From an uncultured Anaerolineaceae bacterium (GTDB taxonomy: Bacteria; Chloroflexota; Limnocylindria; Limnocylindrales; CSP1-4), in NCBI GenBank assembly GCA_964475245.1, contig CAYYVV010000007.1, forward strand, positions 13,847-77,846: DNA of 64,000 bases, read 5' to 3'. The notes beneath the pieces were generated by a model. That model did not search any database, had not been told where the DNA came from, and saw nothing but the letters and a program-made list of their open reading frames with translations. Positions 10,033 to 18,642 of the stretch are shown here, in pieces. How positions within the stretch are numbered: position 1 is the stretch's first letter; each line of letters begins with the position of its first letter. A program made the translations under genes and the position numbers.

Positions 10033-10908
10033 TCAGGGCGTAGCCGACGGCTCCGGCGAGAGCGGCGGCAAGCCGCCGCTGTAGTTGGTGATCACGAGCA
10101 CGTATTCGAGCGTGTCAAGGTTGGCCGCCGGCGTCAGCAGGGCCGTCTGAAAAAGCTGGTCCGGCGAGCGCGACACGGCTGCGACCGTGCCGATCAGAAG
10201 GCCCTTGGGATACGGCGAGCGAATGCCCTCGGCGAGCTCGATGCCGGCCGTCACCACCGCCTCGTTGACGTTGACCGTGTTCTCGGCCGGGATGCCGTCC
10301 ATCTCGAGCGGCCGGTCGAGCTGGCCGTGGACCGTGCCAACGCCGCGGCTCGACTCGAGCAGACCGACCACGTCCATGCGCGCGTCGGTGACGAGCAGCA
10401 CGCGGCTGTAGTCGGGGCCGACCTCGACGACCTGGCCGACGAGCGCGCCGCCGCCGCCGACGACCGGATCGTCGACCTCGATGCCCGCGTTCGTACCGCG
10501 GTCGAGGCTGATGACGTTCTCCTGGTCGGTGATACGCCGGCTGATCACCTCGGCGGCCGTCGAGTCGAAATCGAGCGACGATCGCACCTGGAGGATGTCG
10601 GTCAGCTGCTGGTTCTGCGCCTGCAGGCTCTGGAGCGAGCGGTTCTGCGTCTCGAGCTGGTCGACCTGGGTCTGCAGGTCCTCGTTCTGCTGGCGCAGGC
10701 GGTCGATCTCGCCGAGCGTGGCGAAGAACGAGCTGACGGTGCGTCCGCCCTCGCGCAGCACGTTCTGGATGGGCGCCATGGCAAAGCCGACACCGTGGCG
10801 CAGCTCCGTGATCGGAGCAGATGCGCTGAACGCAAGCATGAGCAGGCTCATCGTCAGCAGCACGACATACAGCACGGCCTGGCGCCGGCCGGTTTGGCCC
10901 TTGGACAT
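10033..10908 (-). CDS. mreC: Rod shape-determining protein MreC
   Basis: N-terminal TM, then a coiled-coil (QNEDLQTQVDQLETQNRSLQSLQAQNQQL), then a beta-barrel region. It lies directly downstream of mreB. Confidence 0.85.
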   Translation of the reverse strand: MSKGQTGRRQAVLYVVLLTMSLLMLAFSASAPITELRHGVGFAMAPIQNVLREGGRTVSSFFATLGEIDRLRQQNEDLQTQVDQLETQNRSLQSLQAQNQQLTDILQVRSSLDFDSTAAEVISRRITDQENVISLDRGTNAGIEVDDPVVGGGGALVGQVVEVGPDYSRVLLVTDARMDVVGLLESSRGVGTVHGQLDRPLEMDGIPAENTVNVNEAVVTAGIELAEGIRSPYPKGLLIGTVAAVSRSPDQLFQTALLTPAANLDTLEYVLVITNYSGGLPPLSPEPSATP

Positions 10909-10943
10909 CTCAGTTCAGCTGACGCGCCACGCGGCGAGTGGCG

Positions 10944-11996
10944 TCAGCGCGGCGCGCGCGAGTAGGTCTCGGCGACGAGCGTCCGTTCCATGACGTCGAG
11001 CTCCTCGAGCGCCTTGCCCGTGCCACGCGCGACGCACGTCAGCGGATCGTCGGCGACGTGGACCGGCATCTGGGTTGCTTCCTGGACGCGCCGATCGAGA
11101 CCCTGGAGCAGCGCGCCGCCGCCGGCGAGGACGATGCCCTGGTCCATGATGTCGGCGACCAGCTCCGGCGGTGTCTCCTCGATCGTGTCCTTGATCGTGT
11201 CGACGATCTGCTGCACGGAGCCCTCGATCGCTTCGCGGATCTGCTCGGCCGTCACCTCGACTGCTCTGGGCAGGCCGGTGAGCAGGTCGCGACCGCGCAG
11301 CGTGACACGGTTCTCGTCCCAGTCGCCCGGATATGCCGAGCCGACCGCGATCTTGATGTCCTCCGCCGTGCGCTCGCCCAGGAGCAGGTTGTACTCGCGT
11401 CGGGCGTAGGCAATGATGTCCTGGTCGAGCTCGTCGCCACCGATGCGCAGGCTGCGGCTGACGACGATGCCACCGAGCGAGATGACGGCGACCTCCGTCG
11501 TCCCGCCACCGATATCGACGATGAGGCTGCCGGTGGGCTCGCCGACGGGCAACCCGGCGCCGATCGCCGCGGCCATCGGCTCCTCGATCAGCCGGGCCCA
11601 GCGTGCGCCGGCGTTGAGGGCGGCGTCGCGCACGGCGCGCTTCTCGACTTCAGTGACGCCCGACGGGATGCCGATCAGCATCCTCGGCCGCGGGATGAGC
11701 CCGACGCGGTCGTGCACCTTGTGCACGAAGTACTTGATCATCTGCTCGGTCACGTCGAAGTCGCTGATCACGCCGTCGCGCAGCGGCCGCACAGCAACGA
11801 TGTTGGCCGGCGTGCGGCCGAGCATGCGCTTGGCTTCCGCGCCGATGGCAAGCACGCGCTTCGTCCGTTGATCGATCGCGACCACGCTCGGCTCGCTGAT
11901 GACGATGCCGCGGTCGCGCACGTGTACAAGGGTGTTAGCCGTTCCCAGGTCGATCCCGATATCGCGCGAGAACATGCCTAGGAAGGCGTCGAGCAT
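10944..11996 (-). CDS. mreB: Rod shape-determining actin homologue MreB
   Basis: 350 aa with DIGIDLGTANTLV, the VAVRPLRDGVI phosphate loop, and GIVLAGGGALLQGLD. Confidence 0.92.
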   Translation of the reverse strand: MLDAFLGMFSRDIGIDLGTANTLVHVRDRGIVISEPSVVAIDQRTKRVLAIGAEAKRMLGRTPANIVAVRPLRDGVISDFDVTEQMIKYFVHKVHDRVGLIPRPRMLIGIPSGVTEVEKRAVRDAALNAGARWARLIEEPMAAAIGAGLPVGEPTGSLIVDIGGGTTEVAVISLGGIVVSRSLRIGGDELDQDIIAYARREYNLLLGERTAEDIKIAVGSAYPGDWDENRVTLRGRDLLTGLPRAVEVTAEQIREAIEGSVQQIVDTIKDTIEETPPELVADIMDQGIVLAGGGALLQGLDRRVQEATQMPVHVADDPLTCVARGTGKALEELDVMERTLVAETYSRAPR

Positions 11997-12185
11997 TCCG
12001 ATGATCGTGTCCTCAGGTGTCGTGTGGAGGGGCCCGAGTCCCGCGACGTGCGTAGAGCAGGGACGGAGCGTGGGAAGTGTATACCGAGGCTCATCGGTAG
12101 CCGCTTGCGCGCCCGCCCAACCGGTGTGCTGCGCGCTGGCTACTCGCTAATCGGATGATCCGTCCGCTTTGTCACCGGCGCTACG

Positions 12186-12325
12186 TCTCGCATTCGTTCC
12201 GACGCCGGACTTCCACGCTCGCCGCGTCACGCCACAAGTCCCTGGATCGCCGTGTCCCGCCCCGCGCACAGGTTTCAGAGCGAGATGGCGCGCCTTCGGG
12301 ACGTGCCGACGGACGAATAACTCGC
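12186..12325. repeat. Degenerate B-type inverted-repeat element. Arms are tctcgcattcgttccgacgccgg and ccgacggacgaataactcg; they resemble the arms of the element at 39581-39741.
   Basis: Read directly. The arm similarity to element B (ggtcattcgtccg / cggacgaatgacc) is partial. Confidence 0.3.
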
Positions 12326-12372
12326 TTAGCGACTGAAGGCCTCCCATGCGCGCGGACGGCCGCGCTGCACTC

Positions 12373-12600
12373 CAACTTGCGTCAAACGCACGACCTGTCC
12401 CGCGTTGTGGCTCTGTCGCCGAATCACGAACCGTATGTCGCCCCAACCGGAGAGATTCGTCCCCAGGTCGTCGATTCAAGAGCGGCATTTGGCGTATTCC
12501 TGGCCGCATCAGGTGGCTGAAGCACCACCTTCTGGTGCGGTGAGCGGCGCATCGCCCGGAGCTCGGGACGAGTCGTGTGTTTGGCGCAAGTCCCGGTCAG
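12373..12600. repeat. A-type inverted-repeat-bounded element, copy 1, about 228 bp. Left arm caacttgcgtcaaacgcacgacctgtcc. Right arm gtcgtgtgtttggcgcaagtcccggtcag. The right arm overlaps the stop codon of the hydrolase gene.
   Basis: The 19-nt core cttgcgtcaaacgcacgac and its reverse complement bound the element. A second copy with the same arms is at 40342-40579. Confidence 0.55.
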
Positions 12601-13442
12601 CTGGACGGCGGAAACGCCTCCATCTGGCCGCGGACGAAGCCGGACTCCTCGAGCCACGCCCAATGACCCTTGCCCTCATGCACGACGAGCGTCGCGTTCG
12701 GGATGAGGGCCGCCATCTGTTGCGCCTGCTCGAGCGGAATGGGCGAGCGCGAGCCGTGGATGATCAGCGTCGGCACGGTCACGCCGGGCAGTGCCTGCTC
12801 CAACGTCCGTGCCTCGAAATGGGCCTGGATCGACGCCCAGGTGTCCCCGCCGTTCGTCGCGAAGCGCAGAGGAGGCATTGCGGGCGCGCTCGCCGGATCG
12901 CCGAAGTACTGCGGCCAGAGCAGGCCCAGGTGCTCGCGCTGCTCGTCCTCGGTAGGCTCCTCGATCGCCTCCAGCTCCTCGAGCCGCGCCAGGTCCGTCG
13001 CGCTCAACCCAGCGCGCAGCGCCGGGCCGAACTCCGCCTGGCCGCCGTCGCCCGTCGCGCCGAGCGCGTCGAGGATCACGAGCGCGCCGATGCGCTCCGG
13101 ATGTGCCGCGGCCAGGTGGAGAGCGAGGTGGCCGCCCCACGAGTGGCCGATCACGACCGGTTTCTGCCAGCCCAGCGAATCCATCACCGCCACGGCGTCC
13201 GCGACGTGGCCCTCGATCGAGGCATCTCCCGTTAGCGCGGACGGCGCCAGGCCACGCTGCTGGTAGCGCGCGGTGTTCACAAAGCCGTCCAGCTCCTCGG
13301 CGAGCGAGGACATGTGCTCGGACAGACCCGGGCCACCGTGCAGCAGCAAGGCGTTGGCGTGCCCGCCTCCCGACTCGCGTAGCCAGCCGACGATCTCGCC
13401 GTCGGGCGTGACCGCGGAGAACTCGCGTTCCTGAATCGGCAT
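12597..13442 (-). CDS. Alpha/beta-hydrolase fold protein (proline iminopeptidase / epoxide hydrolase-like)
   Basis: The nucleophile elbow GHSWGG is present, with LLHGGPG and a C-terminal catalytic His region (GKGHW). Confidence 0.8.
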   Translation of the reverse strand: MPIQEREFSAVTPDGEIVGWLRESGGGHANALLLHGGPGLSEHMSSLAEELDGFVNTARYQQRGLAPSALTGDASIEGHVADAVAVMDSLGWQKPVVIGHSWGGHLALHLAAAHPERIGALVILDALGATGDGGQAEFGPALRAGLSATDLARLEELEAIEEPTEDEQREHLGLLWPQYFGDPASAPAMPPLRFATNGGDTWASIQAHFEARTLEQALPGVTVPTLIIHGSRSPIPLEQAQQMAALIPNATLVVHEGKGHWAWLEESGFVRGQMEAFPPSS

Positions 13443-13457
13443 CCCGGCAGGATAGGG

Positions 13458-14138
13458 TCAGCGGCGGTCGAAGGAAACGCCCCTGTCGCGCAGTGAGACG
13501 TAGCCGTCGCGGGCGAGGATGACGTGGTCCAGCACCGTGACGTCGAGCAGGCGCCCGGCCGCGACCGCCTCAGCCGTCAGGTGCAGGTCGTCGGCCGATG
13601 GCTCCGGATCGCCCGACGGATGGTTGTGGACAACGATCACTCCGGGCGCCTGCGTGCGGACCGCGTCACGAAACAGCTCGGCCACGCGCACCACGGCGGC
13701 CGACACGTTGCCCAGGTAGACGGTCGTCGTGCGCTGCACGACGTTCTTGGTGTTGAGCAGCAGGACACGCAGCTCTTCGCGTTCGAGCAGCGCCATCTCC
13801 GGACCCAGCCGGTCGGCGACGTCGCGCGGCGCGCGCACCGTCCATCGTTCACCGGGCACGGCCGCCGCGAAGCGGCGGCCGATCTCGAACGCGGCGACGA
13901 GCTGCGCGGCGCGCGCCGTGCCAACCCCGGGCACGGCCGTCAGCTCGCTCACGTCCGCTCGGCCCAGGTCGCTCAGGCTGCCGTGCCGGGCCAGGGCCGA
14001 GCCGGCCGCGTCGACCGAACCGGCGCCCCACAGCACAGCCAGCAGCTCACTCGCGCTGAGTGCCGTCGGACCGTGGGCCGCAAGGCGTTCGCGCGGCCGT
14101 TCCGCGACGGGTAGCTCGCGGATCCGGTGATTAGCCAC
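13458..14138 (-). CDS. radC: RadC-family JAB/MPN domain protein
   Basis: HNHPSGDPEPSADD is the JAMM-like motif. The N-terminal HhH region reads IRELPVAERPRERL. A GTG start was chosen at VANHRIRELP. Confidence 0.8.
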   Translation of the reverse strand: MANHRIRELPVAERPRERLAAHGPTALSASELLAVLWGAGSVDAAGSALARHGSLSDLGRADVSELTAVPGVGTARAAQLVAAFEIGRRFAAAVPGERWTVRAPRDVADRLGPEMALLEREELRVLLLNTKNVVQRTTTVYLGNVSAAVVRVAELFRDAVRTQAPGVIVVHNHPSGDPEPSADDLHLTAEAVAAGRLLDVTVLDHVILARDGYVSLRDRGVSFDRR

Positions 14139-14319
14139 GGTCAGCCTCGTTGTGCAAATGGGAGGGAATCCTGGTGCTCCCCGGCCCGGACAACGGAGCC
14201 CGCCGATTTCCCCGCCGTCCGGACCGGGAAGCAAGGCGGACATTAATCAGCGGCGCTCTACGGTCGGTTGGCGCCGGCTTTGTTCGCGCTCAATTTCGAC
14301 TCCACCGACGCTCACGGCG

Positions 14320-15327
14320 TCAGTGGATGGACGTTCCCTGGTACAGGATCAGGAGCAGCACGCCGTACAGGTTGAACGCGGCATGGCCGGCGATCGAGGC
14401 GAGCAGGCCGCGGCGCAGAAAGATCCAACCCAGGACGAACCCGACGGGCGCGATGACCAGGAACTCGAGCAGCGCCTGCTTGGCGCCGTCGAGAGCGTCG
14501 CTGTTCTGGTCGACCGTGATGTTGAGGATGTGGACGAGGCCGAAGAACAGCGTGGTGCGGATGAGCGCCGAGCGTGGCCCGAGATCGCGCAACCAGGCGG
14601 TGAACGAATAGCCGCGGAAGAGCAGCTCCTCGCCGATCGGTATCAGCACGCACGCGCCAAGGACGACGAAGACCGTCTCGAGCGCGGTGGTCGGTGCCGG
14701 CACAACCTCGGGCGTGTTCGAGTTCAGGAGCTGGGCGATGATCGAACCCCAGATGCCGACGACGAGCGCGGTGATGAGCATGGCCAGGGCACCAAAACCG
14801 ATGTCCGTCAGCCAGCGACCCATGCCGGCGCCCACGGGCAGGCCGATCGCGCGCAGATCCAGGGCGCCGGTCCTGAAGCCGTAGAGCCAGACGACAAGGA
14901 CGTAGCCGGCGAGGAGGACGACCGCGGCGATGATGAACGCGACGCCGTTGCCCACGACGGGGACGCCGAAGACGATCAGTAGCGCGGTCGCGATGTTCAC
15001 GATCACCAGCTGAACCGCGAACACGATCAGCGGCGACGGCCCGTGGAACATGCTCGCGGGCCGCGTCGAGCGGACGACGACCTGGTAGCCGGCGGCCGAC
15101 GACAGGCCGATCGTCAGCAGCAGCAGGCCACCCATGAGCAGCACGCCGGAGATCGGCGGCAGAGTCGCCGCACCGATAAAGGCGAGCACCAGCCCGACGA
15201 CGGAGAACACCCACGCTGCCGCGTAGAGCCCTGCACCCGGGCGGCCATAAACCGAGAAGACGGGGAGTTGTGCCGTCGGTGAGACCCACGCCGGTGCAGC
15301 GGGCGGCTCACCCGGAGTCGGGGCCAT
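14320..15327 (-). CDS. CPBP-family intramembrane metalloprotease (CAAX protease / bacteriocin-processing family)
   Basis: Polytopic membrane protein carrying the CPBP motifs GEELLFRG, FGLVH and HAAFN. Confidence 0.8.
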   Translation of the reverse strand: MAPTPGEPPAAPAWVSPTAQLPVFSVYGRPGAGLYAAAWVFSVVGLVLAFIGAATLPPISGVLLMGGLLLLTIGLSSAAGYQVVVRSTRPASMFHGPSPLIVFAVQLVIVNIATALLIVFGVPVVGNGVAFIIAAVVLLAGYVLVVWLYGFRTGALDLRAIGLPVGAGMGRWLTDIGFGALAMLITALVVGIWGSIIAQLLNSNTPEVVPAPTTALETVFVVLGACVLIPIGEELLFRGYSFTAWLRDLGPRSALIRTTLFFGLVHILNITVDQNSDALDGAKQALLEFLVIAPVGFVLGWIFLRRGLLASIAGHAAFNLYGVLLLILYQGTSIH

Positions 15328-15367
15328 GTCGGGACTCGGCGGAGGCGGTCCTACTGGCTGAGAAACG

Positions 15368-16027
15368 TCAGTGCTCGCCCGTGGCGGGGCGTGGCGTGAC
15401 CTCGGTCACGCGGGTATCAATCGAGCTCGATGAAATCTGCGGCACCGGAGCCCCCGTTGCCGGGAGGTCCTCGTAGTCAGGTGGCTCCTGGACGCGAGTC
15501 GGGCGGCCCTTTGGCGGAGCGACGAGCACCTCCTGGAGCACCTCCGGCCGCTCGAAGTCCTTGCCGCACCAGGCGCACAGCGACCAGTCCAGCTCGACGA
15601 GGCGCGAGCAGTTCGGGCAAACTCGGCGCAAACGATTGCGGCACGTGGGGCAGATGATCCAGTCCTCGTGGACCTGCCGCCCGCAGTTCGCGCAGTGCGG
15701 CTGGGCCTCGATCTCGACCATCATCGCCTCTTCGGCGAGTGCCCTCTCGTTGGCCTCGGCCACCGTTTCGCGCGGGCGCAGGATGCGGTAGACGACGACC
15801 CCGAAGAGGAACAGAACCGGGGTGAAGATGATGATCAGCGCGGCGGCGAGATAGGGCGCGACCGGGTTCGTCGTCCGCGTCTGGAGGTCGCGGTACGCCC
15901 AGTAGGCGGTCGCGGCCCAGAGCAGCACGATATAGAAGCCGATCGCTTCGAGACCGACGCGCACGATGGGCGTGTCGAAGAACTTCTGGATCTCCTGCCC
16001 AAGCGTCTGCAGGAGCTGGTCAATCAT
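15368..16027 (-). CDS. Membrane protein with a C-terminal double zinc-ribbon
   Basis: Two N-terminal TM helices, then CANCGRQVHEDWIICPTCRNRL...CPNCSRLVELDWSLCAWCG. Confidence 0.6.
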   Translation of the reverse strand: MIDQLLQTLGQEIQKFFDTPIVRVGLEAIGFYIVLLWAATAYWAYRDLQTRTTNPVAPYLAAALIIIFTPVLFLFGVVVYRILRPRETVAEANERALAEEAMMVEIEAQPHCANCGRQVHEDWIICPTCRNRLRRVCPNCSRLVELDWSLCAWCGKDFERPEVLQEVLVAPPKGRPTRVQEPPDYEDLPATGAPVPQISSSSIDTRVTEVTPRPATGEH

Positions 16028-16131
16028 CCGAAGCGCGCCTCAGTAGAACGGAATCGCAGCGCGTCACCGCGGGCGAGTTTATCAGCCAGCGCGGTGCGAG
16101 CCGCCCGCTTCACGCTCTGACGATTGCAGGC

Positions 16132-17100
16132 TCAACGCAGTGACGCGAGCGTCCACAGGCCGGCACGCACGATCGAGACCAGGCCGCCGAGCGCCAGCGC
16201 CGCCGTGAAGACGGCACCGAAGATGAGCGCGACGACCAGCGCGCCGGCGACGTCCTGGACGCTGCCAGATAAGCCCGTAGCCAGGAACACGGCACGCACT
16301 GCCTGCCAGGTCACGCTCAGCGCGACCACGCCAATGGCGATGGCAGCGATGAACAGCAGCCAGCCGGCGATGGTGATGACGACCAGGCGCAACGGGTGAC
16401 GGCGCGCGCGCATATGGCCGGCGAGCCCGAACGGGCGCACGAGGACGGCGCGCGCGGCGACTGCCGAAATCGCCTCGATGACCACCAGTGCGGCCAGCCA
16501 GCCAGCGAGCGGCATGACCACGTCACCCACGACGCGCGCGTAGATCGACTGCGTCGACGACGGCAGCAGGATCTCGTTCAACGTCGCGCTGCTGATCGAG
16601 ACCGCGAGCGGGACCGCGGCGACGAGGACAGCGAGGAGCGCGAGCGCCTCGACCACGAACAGGCGCATCGTGACCGCGCGTGCCACGGCCGTGCCCAGCC
16701 TGCCCGGCGCCGGCCACGGATGGGCAGGCGCGAGCGCCGGGCTGTTGACGAATCGGCTGAAGGCGGCCAGCTCGCAGCGTGCGAGCAGGTAGAGCACGAC
16801 GAGGGCCACGGCCAGGGTCACCGCGGTGAGCGCCGCCACGAGGGCGTAGAAGCCTGTCGTCAGACCGGTCGAACCCAGGTTGCCACCGAGCGCGAGGCGC
16901 ACCTCGACCTGTGTCGGCAGGATCAGGATCGGTACGGTCAGCAGCGCAATGCCGCCGCGCATCGCAAAGCCGAGGATGCCGACCAGGAGAAGCTTCGGGT
17001 GCTCGCGGATCGTGCCCACGACAGCCGCGACGTCAGAGCGCCACGGCCCAGGCACGTCGGTTCGGACTCGTGCCGCAGCCAGAGTTCGCGACGTGCCCAC
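16132..17100 (-). CDS. Hypothetical polytopic membrane protein
   Basis: 322 aa with multiple hydrophobic helices. No recognisable motif. Confidence 0.5.
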   Translation of the reverse strand: MGTSRTLAAARVRTDVPGPWRSDVAAVVGTIREHPKLLLVGILGFAMRGGIALLTVPILILPTQVEVRLALGGNLGSTGLTTGFYALVAALTAVTLAVALVVLYLLARCELAAFSRFVNSPALAPAHPWPAPGRLGTAVARAVTMRLFVVEALALLAVLVAAVPLAVSISSATLNEILLPSSTQSIYARVVGDVVMPLAGWLAALVVIEAISAVAARAVLVRPFGLAGHMRARRHPLRLVVITIAGWLLFIAAIAIGVVALSVTWQAVRAVFLATGLSGSVQDVAGALVVALIFGAVFTAALALGGLVSIVRAGLWTLASLR

Positions 17101-17112
17101 CGTTGGTCGAGT

Positions 17113-17661
17113 CTATTCCCGCGGCCTGTGTGCGCTCGCTGAGTAGATGGCACCCAGGAAGCGGCTCGGGACGCGGCCCGTGATGCGCGGGTCGAGCAGA
17201 CCGGCTGCCTCGGCGAGCGTCGGCCAGGAGCTTGCCGAGAACGGATAGGGCACCCACGGATTGCCACTGTCCGCGTCGTACTCGACGACGACGAACGTAC
17301 CGCCCGGCCGGATGTGGCCTGCCAGGCGGGAGATGACCGCGACCTGCTCAGCGCGCGGCACGAAATGAAGGCTGTTCGCACAGACGAGACCGTCCAGCTC
17401 GGGCAGTGCCAGAGCCGCGCGGAAGTCGGCGACGAGATACGAATGGTGCGTTCGTGGAAACGACGCCGTGAGTGCCGCGCTGCCCCTGGCCAGCGCGCGT
17501 TCGTCGCGATCCACGGCGATCACGGCCGCGCCGGGTCCCAGGAGATCAGCCAACGCCAGCGTGAAAGCGCCCTCGCCCGCGCCGATGTCAGCCCACGTCG
17601 CGCCTGGCGTCGGTGTCGGGATCGCAGGCCGGAGAAGGTTGACGTGGTCGCCGTGGTCCAA
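17113..17661 (-). CDS. Class I SAM-dependent methyltransferase
   Basis: Motif I DIGAGEGAFT, then VIAVDRDE, then LVCANSLHFV. Confidence 0.7.
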   Translation of the reverse strand: MDHGDHVNLLRPAIPTPTPGATWADIGAGEGAFTLALADLLGPGAAVIAVDRDERALARGSAALTASFPRTHHSYLVADFRAALALPELDGLVCANSLHFVPRAEQVAVISRLAGHIRPGGTFVVVEYDADSGNPWVPYPFSASSWPTLAEAAGLLDPRITGRVPSRFLGAIYSASAHRPRE

Positions 17662-17678
17662 GGTCGGGGCCTGTGCGG

Positions 17679-18521
17679 CTACTTCTTCTGGTCGATCGCC
17701 GCCTTGGCCAGCTTGACTGCGATGCTGCCGCCTGGAACGAACAGGCCGATCGTGTCTGCGCCGATGTCGAACAGCAGGTCGCGCGTGAGCATGCCGCGCG
17801 CCTGGCCACCCGCGATCGGCTTACCCGCCGCTGTCTGGCCGGTGATCGAATCGATCTCGATCACACCGCGCTTGTCGCGCCAGGCGAACTCGAAGGCCCA
17901 CACGGGCCGGTAGTAGAGGTCGGTCTTCTCGAGGACGATCGACTCCTCGAGGATGCGGTCGGCCTGGACCGGCTTCATGACCTGGGCGAGCGTCTGGCGC
18001 ACGACGAAGGACGCGCGCTGCTCGGGCGGGATGACGGATGTCTCCTCGGCCGCGAGCGCCTGCGGATCCTGGATCTCCGACTTCGGGCCGGTGATCAACG
18101 CCGGCGCCTCGGGCACATGGGCGCCGCTGACGCCGTCGATGAACGACTCGCTCCGAAAATCGTCCTGGCAGTGCTCGAGCGCGGTCAGCCGGAAGGCGTG
18201 CTGAGCTCCCGAGCCCTGGTCCAGCTCGTGGCGCTTGCCGTCGATCGTCACTGCCGTAACCTCGGGCGCGCTGCCGGGGACCGCGTAGTCACGCGTTCGT
18301 TCGTAGACGTAGTGCGAGCTCGCGGCGACGTTCCAGAAGGGCATGAGCCGGCGTTGTCGGCTGACGAGGGTCACCTCCTCGGCCTTCGGGCGCTGGAGGA
18401 ACGAGCCCAGGCCGCCGCCGAACGCGCCGGCACGCTTGTCCATCGCGCGCACCTGGATCTCGTCGCGCGTCAGGCGCTCCTCGAGCAGCAACAGCCGTTC
18501 TTCGCCGAGCTGTATCTCCAT
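17679..18521 (-). CDS. Hypothetical protein (280 aa)
   Basis: A clean ORF that fits between flanking - strand genes. No family recognised by eye. Confidence 0.5.
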   Translation of the reverse strand: MEIQLGEERLLLLEERLTRDEIQVRAMDKRAGAFGGGLGSFLQRPKAEEVTLVSRQRRLMPFWNVAASSHYVYERTRDYAVPGSAPEVTAVTIDGKRHELDQGSGAQHAFRLTALEHCQDDFRSESFIDGVSGAHVPEAPALITGPKSEIQDPQALAAEETSVIPPEQRASFVVRQTLAQVMKPVQADRILEESIVLEKTDLYYRPVWAFEFAWRDKRGVIEIDSITGQTAAGKPIAGGQARGMLTRDLLFDIGADTIGLFVPGGSIAVKLAKAAIDQKK

Positions 18522-18592
18522 AGCGCCGAATGATGCACCCTGCGCCCGCCTGAACGCGAGAGGTGAATTTGCAAACGGCCTGGCCCAGCGGA

Positions 18593-18642
18593 TCGACCCT
18601 CCCTAGAAGTCGACCCTCCCTAGAAGAGTGACCCTCCTCGAG
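18593..18642. repeat. Short tandem repeat: 17-nt unit tcgaccctccctagaag, two exact copies plus a degenerate third (agtgaccctcctcgag). It spans the stop codon of the lipoprotein gene.
   Basis: Read directly. Confidence 0.6.

Noticed and set aside
12000-12600. tRNA, tmRNA, SRP or RNase P RNA in the large mreB-upstream intergenic region
   Set aside because: No T-loop (GTTCGAATC-like) or other hallmark motifs were found. The region is explained by the B-like and A-type repeats.
17673-18533. Long + strand ORFs over 17673-18533, 20240-21061, 35433-37019 and 37036-38451, and - strand ORFs over 44990-46825 and 30417-31541
   Set aside because: All overlap well-supported genes on the opposite strand (hypothetical, guaA, Ycf45-like, pdxT, MCC alpha, TPR). 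Their translations are Arg/Ala/Gly-rich, which is typical of antisense frames in 70% GC DNA.
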